Positions 8,271 to 18,664 of a DNA stretch of 50,796 bases are shown here, in pieces. The notes beneath the pieces were generated by a model that was given only the letters and a program-made list of their open reading frames with translations, was not told where the DNA came from and ran no database searches. Within the stretch, counting starts at the first letter, position 1; every line of letters starts with the position of its first letter. A program made the translations under genes and the position numbers. The stretch comes from Rhodoferax sp. (GTDB lineage Bacteria; Pseudomonadota; Gammaproteobacteria; Burkholderiales; Burkholderiaceae_C), in the NCBI GenBank assembly GCA_036171375.1, contig JAVHQY010000067.1, positions 1 through 50,796 on the forward strand, given 5' to 3'.

Positions 8271-8996
8271 TCACGCCTGCTTTGGAATCAGCGCCAGGAA
8301 TTCGTGGCGCAAGTTGGCATTGTTGAGAAAGCTGCCGCGCATGACCGAATTGATCATTTTGCTGTCGAGGTCTTTGACACCGCGCCAGCTCATGCAGAAG
8401 TGGCTGGCTTCCATTACGATGGCCAAACCATCGGGTCTGGTCTTTTCCTCTATCAGGTCGGCCAACTGGATAATGGCTTCTTCCTGAATCTGCGGCCGCC
8501 CCATGATCCACTCAGCCAGTCGCGCATACTTTGACAGGCCGATCACATTGGTGTGCTGGTTGGGAAGCACCCCCATCCAGACCTTGCCAATGATGGGACA
8601 GAAGTGGTGGCTACAAGCACTGCGCACCGTGATCGGACCGACGATCATCAATTCGTTGAGGTGTCCGGCGTTAGGAAATTCAGTCATTGGCGGTGGCGCA
8701 ACGTAACGCCCCCGGAACACCTCGCTGAGGTACATTTTGGCCACCCGGCGCGCGGTTTGACCGGTGTTATGGTCGTGCTCGGTGTCTATCACCAGGCTCT
8801 CAAGCACCGCCTTGAACTTGTCCTGCACTTCATCGATCAGCAGGTCAAGCTCACCCGGCTCGATAAAGGCGGCAATGTTGTCGTTGGCGTGAAAGCGTTG
8901 GCCGGCCTGTTCAATACGCTGGCGGATTCTGACCGACACCGCCGGCGCGGCTTCAGCGACCGGTCGGCTGCCGTGGTTCTGTTTTTTGACTGACAT
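8271..8996 (-). CDS. folE: GTP cyclohydrolase I
   Basis: TARRVAKMY, SACSHHFCP, VIGLSKYARL, RPQIQE, HFCMSWRGV. Confidence 0.9.
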   Translation of the reverse strand: MSVKKQNHGSRPVAEAAPAVSVRIRQRIEQAGQRFHANDNIAAFIEPGELDLLIDEVQDKFKAVLESLVIDTEHDHNTGQTARRVAKMYLSEVFRGRYVAPPPMTEFPNAGHLNELMIVGPITVRSACSHHFCPIIGKVWMGVLPNQHTNVIGLSKYARLAEWIMGRPQIQEEAIIQLADLIEEKTRPDGLAIVMEASHFCMSWRGVKDLDSKMINSVMRGSFLNNANLRHEFLALIPKQA

Positions 8997-9054
8997 GCGG
9001 GAATGGTACCAGCCTTTTTCGGCAGCCGTGGGGCACTCGACCTGGCTGCAAGCA

Positions 9055-10275
9055 TCAGTAGCGCAGCCCGTTGACCAGCAACGCCAGCCGCACCAGTGTC
9101 AAGGCCGCGCGGTCAAGCCAGCGCTGTCGCCAGGGCCGGTTCAGATAAGCCACCGGGTCAACCCGAACACCGCCACTGACCATCGCCTGCTCCAGCCGCT
9201 GGTGCAGGTCTTGTGCAAACGCACCGTCATCGACCACCACATTGGCTTCACGTGCCAGCAGCAGGCTCAACGGATCGAGGTTGGATGAGCCCACGGTGGC
9301 CCAGCGGCCATCAATGACCGCCACTTTGGCGTGCAGAAAACTTGCCGCGTACTCGTGAATTTCGACTCCCGCCGCCAACAAAGCGCCGTACACCGGTCGC
9401 ACGGCGTGGTACTGCATGAAATATTCGTAGCGTCCCTGTAGCAACAAACGCACCCGCACACCGCGTTGCGCGGCGTGGATCAGCGCTTTGCGCAGCTTTC
9501 GACCGGGCAGGAAATAGGCGTTGGCAATGATGATTTCACTGTGCGCGGTGCCGATCAACTGGCGGTAGGCGCGCTCGATGCGAAAGCGGTTACGCAAGTT
9601 GTCGCGCAGCACCAGCTCAGCATGGCAGCCGTTTACCTCCGCGCTGGTGCGAACGTTGTTGTCAACTTTGCCGACCGGCGCTTTGTGCACTGCGAGCGCC
9701 TCATGAAGGGCTTGCCAGGCGGCCTGAAAATCGCTTTGCCGCGCATCGCTGAGGGCCTGCGTGCGCCACCAAAAGCGCGCCAGCGTCAAGTGCACAGCCT
9801 GCACCAACGGGCCGGTGACGCGAACGGCAAAATCAAAGCGCGGCGCTGGCAGCGCGCCGTGGTTGAGGTCAACCAAATCGTCGAGCACATTGATGCCGCC
9901 GCAATACGCCACTTTGCCATCCACCACGCACAGTTTGCGATGCAGACGCCGCCAGCGACTGGGGATGAGCAGACCGAGCCGCCCCAGGGGTAAATAAATC
10001 CGCCACTGAATTCCGGCCGCATCAAAGCGCTGCGCCCACTGTGCCTCCAGCGTTGGCGTTCCCACGCCGTCCATCACCAGATAGACCGCCACGCCGCGAC
10101 GCGCGGCGCGCTCCAGCGCCAGCGCCACCTGCGCTGCCGATGCGGCCAAATTAAAGATGTAGGTTTCCAGTCTGACTTCGACCAGGCTGTGGTCGATGTC
10201 GTGCAACAACGCAGCAAAAAATTCACCACAGCCCTGCAGCAGTTGCAGTTGATGATGCGCTCGGAGTTGCAACAT
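9055..10275 (-). CDS. clsB: Cardiolipin synthase B (phospholipase D family)
   Basis: Two HKD motifs (HRKLCVVD, HAKVAVID) and GSSNLDPLS; follows a YbhP-like gene. Start trimmed to ATG 10275. Confidence 0.88.
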   Translation of the reverse strand: MLQLRAHHQLQLLQGCGEFFAALLHDIDHSLVEVRLETYIFNLAASAAQVALALERAARRGVAVYLVMDGVGTPTLEAQWAQRFDAAGIQWRIYLPLGRLGLLIPSRWRRLHRKLCVVDGKVAYCGGINVLDDLVDLNHGALPAPRFDFAVRVTGPLVQAVHLTLARFWWRTQALSDARQSDFQAAWQALHEALAVHKAPVGKVDNNVRTSAEVNGCHAELVLRDNLRNRFRIERAYRQLIGTAHSEIIIANAYFLPGRKLRKALIHAAQRGVRVRLLLQGRYEYFMQYHAVRPVYGALLAAGVEIHEYAASFLHAKVAVIDGRWATVGSSNLDPLSLLLAREANVVVDDGAFAQDLHQRLEQAMVSGGVRVDPVAYLNRPWRQRWLDRAALTLVRLALLVNGLRY

Positions 10276-10288
10276 GCCAGCCCAACCG

Positions 10289-11032
10289 TCAAGGCTTGAG
10301 TTTGGGCAGGGCAAACTCTGCCAGCAGCGGCAAATGGTCTGACATGCGCCACCAGTTGCGCCCGCGCGGCACCTGCACGCCCAGCGGTCGCAGGCCGCGG
10401 GCAAAAACATTGTCGAGTTGCACCAGCGGCAGGCGCGAAGGAAAGGTGCGGTGCTTGCGGCTTTCAAATGCCAAAATATCAAGGTCAGACAGAGAGCGTT
10501 CAACCAGACTGCCCCACTCGTTGAAATCGCCCGCCACCAGCAACGGCGCGGCGGCCGGCACCTCGCGTTCGATAAAGCAGCGCAACTGCGTCATCTGGTG
10601 CGCGCGGCTGACCGGAATCAGCCCCAGGTGCACCACCACCACGTGCACCGACTGGTGGTGCAACAAGATCTCAACGTGCAGCAGGCCACGCTGCTCGAAG
10701 CGGTGATCGGAAATATCGTGCTGCTGATGCGCCAGCACCGGCCAGCGCGACAACAAGGCATTGCCATGCTCGCCATGACGGGTGATGGCGTTCGAGACAT
10801 ACACCGCCTGGTAGCCGTGCGGCGCCAGAAAATCCGCCTGCCCCACCTCGGGCCAACGCGCGAAGTGCTGCTCTTCACGCCGGTTCATGGCGCGCACCTC
10901 CTGCAAACAGACGATATCGGCATCAAATTGCTCCACCGCCAGGCGCAGATTGTGAATTTCCAGCCGCCGCCGCGGACCCATCCCCTGCACCCCCTTGTGG
11001 ATGTTGTAGGTAGCGATGCGAACGCTATTCAC
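10289..11032 (-). CDS. Endonuclease/exonuclease/phosphatase family protein (YbhP-like)
   Basis: ATYNIHKG, CLQEV, HGNALLSR, AGDFN, SDHLP. Confidence 0.9.
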   Translation of the reverse strand: MNSVRIATYNIHKGVQGMGPRRRLEIHNLRLAVEQFDADIVCLQEVRAMNRREEQHFARWPEVGQADFLAPHGYQAVYVSNAITRHGEHGNALLSRWPVLAHQQHDISDHRFEQRGLLHVEILLHHQSVHVVVVHLGLIPVSRAHQMTQLRCFIEREVPAAAPLLVAGDFNEWGSLVERSLSDLDILAFESRKHRTFPSRLPLVQLDNVFARGLRPLGVQVPRGRNWWRMSDHLPLLAEFALPKLKP

Positions 11033-11519
11033 GTCCCGGCTCCGGATCGAGAAATCTTGGCAGCAGCAGACAGGCTTCGGCGTTGGACGGCGAATAACAC
11101 GCCGCTGCCGCTTCGCGGTACGCCAACCAGCGCCAGGCAGTGTGTTCGCGCGGACTCAAGCGTACCGGCGTCCCGGCATCGACCCGCAGGCCGAATAGAT
11201 GCTCGGTGTTGCGCGTCACCCCAGGCGCATAGCGGTAGCGCCAACACGGGTAAATGTCATAGACGTTTTCAAGCTGCCAGTCGCGCAGGCAGTGTTCTAA
11301 CGGTGTGCCGGTGCCACAATCAATGCCGGTTTCCTCCACCACCTCGCGTACCGCGGTTTGCCGGAACGTTTCGGCCAGTGAGCTTTTGCTGCCGGTGACC
11401 GATTGCCAGAAATCTGGCGCGTCGGTGCGCTTGATCAGCAGCACATCGAGCGCTGGCGTGTAGATCAGCACCAGCACGGATTCGGGGATTTTGTAGCCTG
11501 CCACAGTTCCCCCTGCCAC
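11025..11519 (-). CDS. nudB: Dihydroneopterin triphosphate diphosphatase
   Basis: KIPESVLV, WQSVTGS, REVVEETG, NTEH; adjacent to aspS as in other proteobacteria. Confidence 0.9.
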   Translation of the reverse strand: MAGGTVAGYKIPESVLVLIYTPALDVLLIKRTDAPDFWQSVTGSKSSLAETFRQTAVREVVEETGIDCGTGTPLEHCLRDWQLENVYDIYPCWRYRYAPGVTRNTEHLFGLRVDAGTPVRLSPREHTAWRWLAYREAAAACYSPSNAEACLLLPRFLDPEPGRE

Positions 11520-11523
11520 AGGC

Positions 11524-13353
11524 TCAGGTGAGCGTGTCTGGCGTTCGCAGCCGTATGTGCAACTCGCGCAACTGCTTCTCGTCCACCGTTGACGGTGCTT
11601 GCGTCAGCAGGCATTGGGCACGCTGCGTCTTGGGAAAAGCAATCACGTCGCGGATCGACTCGGCACCGGTCATCAAAGTGATGATGCGGTCCAGCCCAAA
11701 AGCCAGGCCGCCGTGCGGCGGCGCGCCGTACTGCAAGGCATCGAGCAGAAAACCGAACTTGTCTTGCGCTTCGGCGGGCGTGATTTTGAGCGCGTCGAAA
11801 ACTTTTTGCTGCACGTCGGCGCGGTGGATACGCACCGAGCCGCCGCCCATTTCCCAGCCATTGAGTACCATGTCATAACCCTGCGACAAGCACTGCTCGG
11901 GCGCGCTCACCATCAGGTCTTCATGGCCCGGCTTGGGTGCCGTAAACGGGTGGTGCACTGCCATGTAGCGCTGTGACTCCTCGTCGTACTCGAACATCGG
12001 GAAATCGACCACCCACAGCGCGCGCCAGCCGCTCTCGAACAAGCCATTCTTCTTGCCAAACTCGCTTTGTCCGATCTTGACGCGCAAACCACCCAGCGCA
12101 TCGTTGACGATCTTGGCCTTGTCAGCGCCGAAGAAAATCAGATCGCCGTTCTGGGCACCGGTGCGCTTGAGAATTTCCGCCAGCGCCTTGTCGTGCAGGT
12201 TCTTGACGATGGGCGACTGCAGACCGCTCCAGCGCGCGCCCTTGTCACCCGCGCCAGCGCCGCTGTCATTGACCTTGATGTAGGCCAGACCCTTGGCACC
12301 ATAAATTTTGACAAACTCGCCGTAGCCATCAATTTCACTGCGTGCCAGGCCGCCAGTCTCGGCCGCGCCGCCGGGAACGCGCAAGCCGACCACGCGACCG
12401 CCTTTCATGTTGGCCGCACCGGAGAACACCTTGAAATCAACATCGGTCATGACATCGGTCAGTTCGGTCAGTTCCAGCTTGATGCGCAAATCAGGCTTGT
12501 CCGAGCCGTAGCGGTGCATCGCTTCGGAGTAAGTCATCACCGGGAACTCGCCCAGATCGACGTTGATGGTGTTCTTGAAAACGCTGACGATCATCCGCTG
12601 GAACAGGTCGCGGATTTCCTGCTCGCTCAAAAACGAGGTCTCAATATCGATCTGCGTGAATTCGGGCTGCCGGTCAGCGCGCAAATCCTCGTCCCGGAAG
12701 CACTTGGTGATCTGGTAGTAACGGTCAAAACCGGCCACCATCAACAGTTGCTTGAAAAGCTGGGGGCTTTGTGGCAAGGCAAAAAAGTGCCCGGCATGCA
12801 CGCGGCTCGGCACCAGGTAGTCACGCGCGCCCTCGGGTGTCGATTTGCCCAGCATCGGCGTTTCAATATCGATGAAGCCGTTGGTATCGAGAAACTTGCG
12901 CACTTCCATCGCCACCCGGTAGCGCAACATCAGGTTGTTTTGCATATAGGGCCGGCGCAAATCAAGCACGCGGTGCGTCAGGCGCGTGGTCTCGCTCAGG
13001 TTTTCATCGTCGAGCTGGAACGGCGGCGTGACCGACGCATTGAGCACCACCAATTCGTGGCACAGCACTTCAATTCTTCCACTCTTGATGCTTTCGTTGA
13101 CGGTACCGTCCGGGCGTGGCCGCACCAGCCCCACGACCTGAATGCAGAATTCGTTGCGCAGGCCTTCGGCCAACTTGAACATCTCGGCCCGGTCGGGGTC
13201 GCACACCACCTGCACAAAACCCTCACGATCGCGCACATCGACGAAGATCACGCCACCGTGATCACGGCGGCGATTGACCCAACCGCACAGGGTGACGTTT
13301 TGGCCCAGCAGGTTTTCAGTGACCAGACCGCAATAATGGGAACGCATCGCCAT
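11524..13353 (-). CDS. aspS: Aspartate-tRNA ligase (likely non-discriminating)
   Basis: [59 protein letters not shown]. Confidence 0.98.
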   Translation of the reverse strand: MAMRSHYCGLVTENLLGQNVTLCGWVNRRRDHGGVIFVDVRDREGFVQVVCDPDRAEMFKLAEGLRNEFCIQVVGLVRPRPDGTVNESIKSGRIEVLCHELVVLNASVTPPFQLDDENLSETTRLTHRVLDLRRPYMQNNLMLRYRVAMEVRKFLDTNGFIDIETPMLGKSTPEGARDYLVPSRVHAGHFFALPQSPQLFKQLLMVAGFDRYYQITKCFRDEDLRADRQPEFTQIDIETSFLSEQEIRDLFQRMIVSVFKNTINVDLGEFPVMTYSEAMHRYGSDKPDLRIKLELTELTDVMTDVDFKVFSGAANMKGGRVVGLRVPGGAAETGGLARSEIDGYGEFVKIYGAKGLAYIKVNDSGAGAGDKGARWSGLQSPIVKNLHDKALAEILKRTGAQNGDLIFFGADKAKIVNDALGGLRVKIGQSEFGKKNGLFESGWRALWVVDFPMFEYDEESQRYMAVHHPFTAPKPGHEDLMVSAPEQCLSQGYDMVLNGWEMGGGSVRIHRADVQQKVFDALKITPAEAQDKFGFLLDALQYGAPPHGGLAFGLDRIITLMTGAESIRDVIAFPKTQRAQCLLTQAPSTVDEKQLRELHIRLRTPDTLT

Positions 13354-13410
13354 AACAAAACTTTCAAAGCCACCACTGACGGTGACGCAGGTTAATGAAA
13401 ATAAAACAAT

Positions 13411-14046
13411 TTACGTTGGGACTGCGACCGCTGTCGGCGCGACTGCCCCCATCGAGATCAGATAAGTCAGCGCCTCATCCACGCTCATGTCGAGCTCGAT
13501 CACCTCGCTGCGCGGCAGCAACAAGAAGAAGCCGCTGGTCGGGTTGGGTGTGGTCGGCACATAAACGCTGATGTAATCCGCACCCACACAGGCTGCCACC
13601 TGGCCACTGGGAGTACCGGTCAAAAACGCAATCGTCCAGACACCAGTGCGCGGGTACTGCACCAGCATGGCTTTGCGAAAAGCATTGCCCGTGCTGGAAA
13701 AAAGCGTGTCAGATACTTTCTTGACGCTGTTGTAAATGGATTTGACGACCGGAATGTGGTTGATCACGCGATCCCATTGCGCCATCCACCAGCGACCGGC
13801 AACGTTGGACACCAGCGCGCCGGTCAGCAACAGGGCGGAAAACACCAGCACCACGCCCAGGCCCGGAATGTGCCGCAACGGCTCGATGAAGGAACCCGAC
13901 GCATTCGGCAGCACCGCTGACAAAGCACTCAACAGCCCGCCAAAAATGGCATCGAGCAAACCCACCAGCCACATCAATACCCAAAAAGTGAAGGCCAGTG
14001 GCAGCCAAGCCAGCAACCCGGTCAGAAGATACTTTTTGATAGGCAC
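13411..14046 (-). CDS. DUF502-like membrane protein
   Basis: KKYLLTGLL, IPVVKSIY, VYVPTTPNPTSGF. Start set at GTG 14046. Confidence 0.85.
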   Translation of the reverse strand: MPIKKYLLTGLLAWLPLAFTFWVLMWLVGLLDAIFGGLLSALSAVLPNASGSFIEPLRHIPGLGVVLVFSALLLTGALVSNVAGRWWMAQWDRVINHIPVVKSIYNSVKKVSDTLFSSTGNAFRKAMLVQYPRTGVWTIAFLTGTPSGQVAACVGADYISVYVPTTPNPTSGFFLLLPRSEVIELDMSVDEALTYLISMGAVAPTAVAVPT

Positions 14047-14074
14047 GAATAATCCTGTGGCTCTGTGCGCCAGC

Positions 14075-14398
14075 TCAGTGGCAAGTGCAGGATGCGCCAC
14101 ACGCCCCCGTCGACCCGGTGCTGGCGGTCGTCGTTGCCGCTGGTGATGCGGTGGCGCTGGCCGGTTTGTCAGCGCTGTCCGTCGGCTTGGATGCCGCGCT
14201 GGCGCCCGCACTTGATGCGTCTTTGAAATCGGTGGCGTACCAGCCCGAGCCTTTGAGTTGAAACCCGGCTGTGGTGAGTTGCTTTTTGAAAGCTGCCACG
14301 CCACAGCTTGGACATTGCGTCAGCGGTGCGTCGGAAATCTTTTGCAACACGTCCTTGGCGAAGCCACAGGAATCACATTTGTAAACGTAAATGGGCAT
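14075..14398 (-). CDS. FmdB-family zinc-ribbon protein
   Basis: MPIYVYKCDSCG...CPSCG...GFQLKGSGWYATDF plus a low-complexity tail. Confidence 0.9.
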   Translation of the reverse strand: MPIYVYKCDSCGFAKDVLQKISDAPLTQCPSCGVAAFKKQLTTAGFQLKGSGWYATDFKDASSAGASAASKPTDSADKPASATASPAATTTASTGSTGACGASCTCH

Positions 14399-14494
14399 GA
14401 CTTTAGGATTCGGATTTCAAGTGGCAAAGCGCTGGCGGACACTGAAACTTTTCAGCCTCGCTGCGCCTAACGATCCGGGTGGAGTTTGGCCTGA

Positions 14495-14500
14495 ATTATA
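14495..14500 (-). promoter_or_regulatory. Putative sigma70 -10 element for the fmdB-DUF502-aspS run
   Basis: Perfect TATAAT on the minus strand about 100 nt upstream of the FmdB-like start. Confidence 0.45.
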
Positions 14501-14516
14501 AAGCGCCGCTGTCGCG

Positions 14517-16082
14517 CTAAAAACCGCGCCAGCGCCACAGCGTCTGCATTGCCAGCAGGCCCAACGCAAAGCCCAGCGCTGCGTACAGCAAAATTTGCAA
14601 GCGCGTGGTGAGACGCTTTTGCTCGGCCAGCAGCAGTTCCAGCGCCTGCCGCGATGAACCACCTTCGCGCTGTAGAAAATCATGCAGCAAGCGCGGCAAT
14701 TCGGGCAACAACTTGGCGTACAGCGGTGCCTCGTTGCGAAATTGGCTGATCATTTTCTTCGGTCCCACCTGGTCGAGCATCCAGCCCTCCAAAAACGGCT
14801 TGGCGGTGTTCCACAAATCGAGTTCCGGATCGAGCTGGCGCCCCAGGCCCTCGATGTTGAGCAGCGTTTTTTGCAGCAGCACCAGTTGCGGCTGAATCTC
14901 CACCTGGAAGCGGCGCGAAGTCTGAAACAGACGCATCAGCACCACGCCAAGTGAAAAATCCTTCAGCGGCCGGTCAAAATACGGCTCACACACCGAGCGG
15001 ATCGCCGATTCGAGCTCATCGACGCGCGTGCTCGAGGGCACCCAGCCGGACTCGATGTGCAGCTCGGCCACACGCTTGTAGTCGCGGCGGAAAAAGGCGG
15101 TGAAATTCTGCGCCAGGTAATCTTTGTCGGAGGCCGACAAAGTGCCAATAATGCCAAAGTCGAGCGAGATGTAGCGCCCGAACGTGGCGGGCTCGATGCT
15201 GACCTGAATATTGCCCGGATGCATATCGGCGTGGAAAAAACCGTCACAAAACACCTGGGTAAAAAAGATTGTCACGCCGTCGCGAGCCAGCTTGGGGATA
15301 TCGACACCGGCAGCACGCAGACGGCCCACCTGGCTGACCGGAACGCCTTGCATGCGCTCCATCACGATCACATCGTTGGCGCAATAATCCCAAAACATCT
15401 CCGGAATCAGCACCAGGTTCAAGCGCGCCATGTTGCGCCGCAACTGCGCTGCATTGGCAGCCTCACGAATCAAGTCGAGCTCATCGTGCAGGTACTTGTC
15501 GAACTCCGCCACCACTTCACGCGGCTTGAGTCGCTTGCCTACGTTGGAGAAGCCATCGACCCAGCCCGCCATCAGACGCATCAGGCTCAAGTCTTTTTCA
15601 ATCGCTGCCAACATGCCCGGACGCAACACCTTGACTGCCACATCGCGCGCCCGACCATTGCGATCCTTGAGCACGGCAAAATGCACTTGCGCGATGGACG
15701 CGCTGGCCACCGGCTGCTGTTCAAACGAAACAAAAATATCGTCCAGCTTCTTGTTGAAAGCGCGCTCGATGCTGGCGACTGCCACCGCGCTGGGAAACGG
15801 CGGCACCTGATCTTGCAACAGCGCCAGCTCGTCGGCAATATCGAGCGGCAGCAGGTCGCGCCGGGTTGACAGCACCTGGCCAAATTTGACGAAAATCGGC
15901 CCCAGTCGCTCCAGCGTCTGGCGAATGCGCTGACCACGTGATCCATTGAAGCTGCGTCCCAGCGACAACACCCGGGCCAGGGCATCGAGCCCGGGGCGCT
16001 GAAAGCTGCGCAAAAACAAGTCGTCCAGACCAAAGCGCAACAGCACCCAGAAAATGAAAATGCCGCGCAGCAGCCGCCTCAT
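14517..16082 (-). CDS. ubiB: Ubiquinone biosynthesis protein kinase-like UbiB
   Basis: [51 protein letters not shown]. Confidence 0.96.
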   Translation of the reverse strand: MRRLLRGIFIFWVLLRFGLDDLFLRSFQRPGLDALARVLSLGRSFNGSRGQRIRQTLERLGPIFVKFGQVLSTRRDLLPLDIADELALLQDQVPPFPSAVAVASIERAFNKKLDDIFVSFEQQPVASASIAQVHFAVLKDRNGRARDVAVKVLRPGMLAAIEKDLSLMRLMAGWVDGFSNVGKRLKPREVVAEFDKYLHDELDLIREAANAAQLRRNMARLNLVLIPEMFWDYCANDVIVMERMQGVPVSQVGRLRAAGVDIPKLARDGVTIFFTQVFCDGFFHADMHPGNIQVSIEPATFGRYISLDFGIIGTLSASDKDYLAQNFTAFFRRDYKRVAELHIESGWVPSSTRVDELESAIRSVCEPYFDRPLKDFSLGVVLMRLFQTSRRFQVEIQPQLVLLQKTLLNIEGLGRQLDPELDLWNTAKPFLEGWMLDQVGPKKMISQFRNEAPLYAKLLPELPRLLHDFLQREGGSSRQALELLLAEQKRLTTRLQILLYAALGFALGLLAMQTLWRWRGF

Positions 16083-16633
16083 GGCTGGGCCTTGTCTGCT
16101 GCGGCGGCGCTATCGCGCGCCACGAACCGGCGCAGCGCTGTGCCCACCTTGGCGCAAGTCTGAACCAAGGTATGCGCTGCGGCACCGCCGAGCAAACGCG
16201 CAAGGTCTTCTTCCAGATCCCAGCGCACATGGTCCACCAACCAGTTCACTTCCGCTGCCAGTTGCACATCGCCTTCAATGCGCACGCCGGGTTTTTCACC
16301 GGCAAGAATGGGTTTGAGCACCTGCCAGGCCGAATCGTCGGTCAGGCTCAACAGCAAATCGGGCCGGGCCTGCGCGTCAGCGCGGTCAAGCAGACCGGCC
16401 GGCGTGGCAAGCAATTTGACGCTGTAGCCACGCCATTGCAGCAAAACCACGCGACCTTTTTGCGCCGCCAGCCGACGCATCGCCTCACCCTCGCGTTGCA
16501 ATACATGGTTGAGCAGCAACACAACACGTCGTTGGGCTTCTTCCATCAGCCAGGCTGGCGGCTGCAAAAACGGCGGCAGCGCAAGCCCGTGCCAGAAGTC
16601 TTCGAGCCATGAAAAAGGGGACTGTGTTGCCAT
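16079..16633 (-). CDS. ubiJ: UbiJ-like SCP2-domain accessory protein
   Basis: [31 protein letters not shown]; overlaps ubiB by 4 nt. Confidence 0.75.
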   Translation of the reverse strand: MATQSPFSWLEDFWHGLALPPFLQPPAWLMEEAQRRVVLLLNHVLQREGEAMRRLAAQKGRVVLLQWRGYSVKLLATPAGLLDRADAQARPDLLLSLTDDSAWQVLKPILAGEKPGVRIEGDVQLAAEVNWLVDHVRWDLEEDLARLLGGAAAHTLVQTCAKVGTALRRFVARDSAAAADKAQP

Positions 16634-16640
16634 AGTCCCC
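16612..16640 (-). terminator. Terminator-like hairpin overlapping the ubiJ start codon
   Basis: mRNA sense GGGGACU-A-UG-GCAA-CA-C-AGUCCCC followed by UUUUU. Confidence 0.45.
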
Positions 16641-16644
16641 GATT

Positions 16645-16881
16645 ATCCTGGATTCCTCAGTTGGACGCGCCCGAGTGGGCCGCTGGCGGCGTGTCCGGAT
16701 AGACGCGACAACGCTGCGGGCTCATGCCCGCGAGGCGGAGCAACGACCCCGGGCGCGTTGCCAGTGGTTCAATCGGGTGTGTAGCGCTGTCATCCAAAAG
16801 GTGACCGCAATCGAAGCTGAAATAGTCGGAATTCATGCAGGGTTATGAAGACATCCAGCGGTCAACTGAGGAATCCAGGAT
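16645..16881. mobile_element. MITE-like element, 237 bp, perfect 19-bp terminal inverted repeats
   Basis: ATCCTGGATTCCTCAGTTG (16645-16663) is the exact reverse complement of CAACTGAGGAATCCAGGAT (16863-16881). No credible internal gene; internal hairpin GCGGGC-TCAT-GCCCGC. Confidence 0.75.
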
Positions 16882-16910
16882 TGTTCCCTGAATTTGGAAA
16901 AATTTGCGCG

Positions 16911-17861
16911 CTATTCCAGCGCCTGCACGCCCGCTACCAACCAGCCGCCGTGACCGCTCTTGGGCTTGACCATGTTCCAGACCTCGCGAAACGGCCGCGC
17001 ACCTGCCGACGGCTCCTCGCGGATCATGCCGGAGAATTCGACGCTGGCCAAATAGTCCTCGGGGCCGTCCTCGATGCCCAGCAGTTGTGCTTCAACCATC
17101 AACACTTCGGTCTGGTTGACAGCACCCGTGCCGCTGGCTGGGCGTTCGGCCAACTGGGACTGGATTTCCTTGAGCATGGCATCGGTCGTCATCAAGCGCA
17201 GCGCCGCCATGTCGGCTTTGTCCCAGGCTGATTGCAGCAAAACAAAGTTTGCCTTGGCAGACTTGACAAACCCTTCGCTATCAAAACCCGCCGGAATGCC
17301 CCAGCTCTGCGAGCCGCTCAAACCCGAACCAATGATGGAGCCGCTGGCCTGATTGCCCTCAAATGCCGCCCCTGGCCGCTCCCACGGCCGCGCCGAAGCA
17401 TCGTTGCCAACATTTTCCGGCTTGTAACTGCCCGGCATCGGCACCACCTCGGCGTTGCCCGGGCCCTGGTAGGCAAACGCCGGTTTGCCGGTCGCAGCCG
17501 ACGCTGCCGCCTGTCGCGAGCGCAGAAACCAGCCCACCAGCAGCATCACACCCAAGCCCAGCAGGGCAAACGTCATCACCTGCCCTAAAGCACCGCCCAT
17601 GCCCATCGAGTTGGCCAGCCAGGCCAGGCCCAGGCCAGCGGCCAGACCACCCAGCATCGCGCCCCATGGACGCTTGGGCGCAGGCGCAGGCGCGGCGGGG
17701 GCCGGTGCCGTGGGTCGCGCACCCTGCGCCGGCGCTGCTTGGCGCTGTGTGACGTTGCTGGACTGGCGCCCCATTGAGCGGCCACCGCCAAAACGCGCGG
17801 CATCGGCGTTGACCGAGGCCAGCGCCAGCATCAGAGTCAGGATCAAAGTAAAAATTTTCAT
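16911..17861 (-). CDS. Tim44-like domain protein
   Basis: Signal peptide, RFGGGRSMGRQS, two hydrophobic segments, and a C-terminal domain with LQSAWD...ASVEFSGMIRE...FREVW...WLVAGVQ. Start trimmed to ATG 17861. Confidence 0.85.
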   Translation of the reverse strand: MKIFTLILTLMLALASVNADAARFGGGRSMGRQSSNVTQRQAAPAQGARPTAPAPAAPAPAPKRPWGAMLGGLAAGLGLAWLANSMGMGGALGQVMTFALLGLGVMLLVGWFLRSRQAAASAATGKPAFAYQGPGNAEVVPMPGSYKPENVGNDASARPWERPGAAFEGNQASGSIIGSGLSGSQSWGIPAGFDSEGFVKSAKANFVLLQSAWDKADMAALRLMTTDAMLKEIQSQLAERPASGTGAVNQTEVLMVEAQLLGIEDGPEDYLASVEFSGMIREEPSAGARPFREVWNMVKPKSGHGGWLVAGVQALE

Positions 17862-17923
17862 GTCATCCCCAAAAAATGAATCATCAACATGCGCCCACTT
17901 CACTCAAATGCAAGGCCCGCCGC

Positions 17924-18655
17924 TCAGCACTTGATTCCCACGTGCAACGCCACCACACCGGCGCTGAGATTGTGATAGTCCACATGGCCAAAACCGCTTT
18001 CCTGCATCATGCGTTTGAGTTGCTCCTGCCCCGGATGCATTCTGATCGACTCCGCCAGGTAGCGGTAACTGTCTTCGTCGGCCGCCACCCAGCGACCCAA
18101 CTTGGGTAACACTTTGAATGAATACCAGTCGTAAATTTTCTCCAGCGGTGGCGCCACCTTGGAGAACTCGAGCACCAACAACTTGCCCATCGGTTTGAGC
18201 ACCCGGTTCATCTCACGCAGCGCCTGATCCTTGTGCGTCATGTTGCGCAAACCAAAAGCGACGCTGACAACATCGAAATGCTGGTCGGGGAAACACAGTT
18301 TTTCAGCATCGCACACCACCGTCGGCAACACCACACCAGCGTCGAGCAGGCGATCGCGCCCAACGCGCAGCATCGCCTCGTTGATGTCGGTGTGCACCAC
18401 CTGTCCGCTGCGCCCGACTTTTTTGCTGAACGCCAACGCCAGATCGCCCGTGCCACCGGCGATATCGAGCACCTGAAACCCGGGCTGGATGTCGGCCAGC
18501 AGCACCGTGTAGGCTTTCCAGGCCCGATGCAAGCCGGCCGACATTAAATCGTTCATGACATCGTACTTGGCTGCCACCGAATCAAAAACGCCACGCACGC
18601 GCTTGGCTTTTTCGCTCTCTTCAACCGTCGTGTAACCAAAATGGGTGGTGGTCAT
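17924..18655 (-). CDS. ubiE: Ubiquinone/menaquinone C-methyltransferase
   Basis: [49 protein letters not shown]. Confidence 0.97.
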   Translation of the reverse strand: MTTTHFGYTTVEESEKAKRVRGVFDSVAAKYDVMNDLMSAGLHRAWKAYTVLLADIQPGFQVLDIAGGTGDLALAFSKKVGRSGQVVHTDINEAMLRVGRDRLLDAGVVLPTVVCDAEKLCFPDQHFDVVSVAFGLRNMTHKDQALREMNRVLKPMGKLLVLEFSKVAPPLEKIYDWYSFKVLPKLGRWVAADEDSYRYLAESIRMHPGQEQLKRMMQESGFGHVDYHNLSAGVVALHVGIKC

Positions 18656-18664
18656 GGCAGTGCT

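Noticed and set aside
10276-10503. N-terminal extensions in the ORF track (clsB; also DUF502-like, DUF971-like, oxidoreductase, pilD, rplU, zapD)
   Set aside because: These are longest-ORF artefacts running into upstream genes or promoters; starts were trimmed to where family-like sequence begins.
16509-16784. ORF crossing the MITE as a transposase remnant
   Set aside because: It has no DDE, HUH or HTH motif and overlaps ubiJ antisense.
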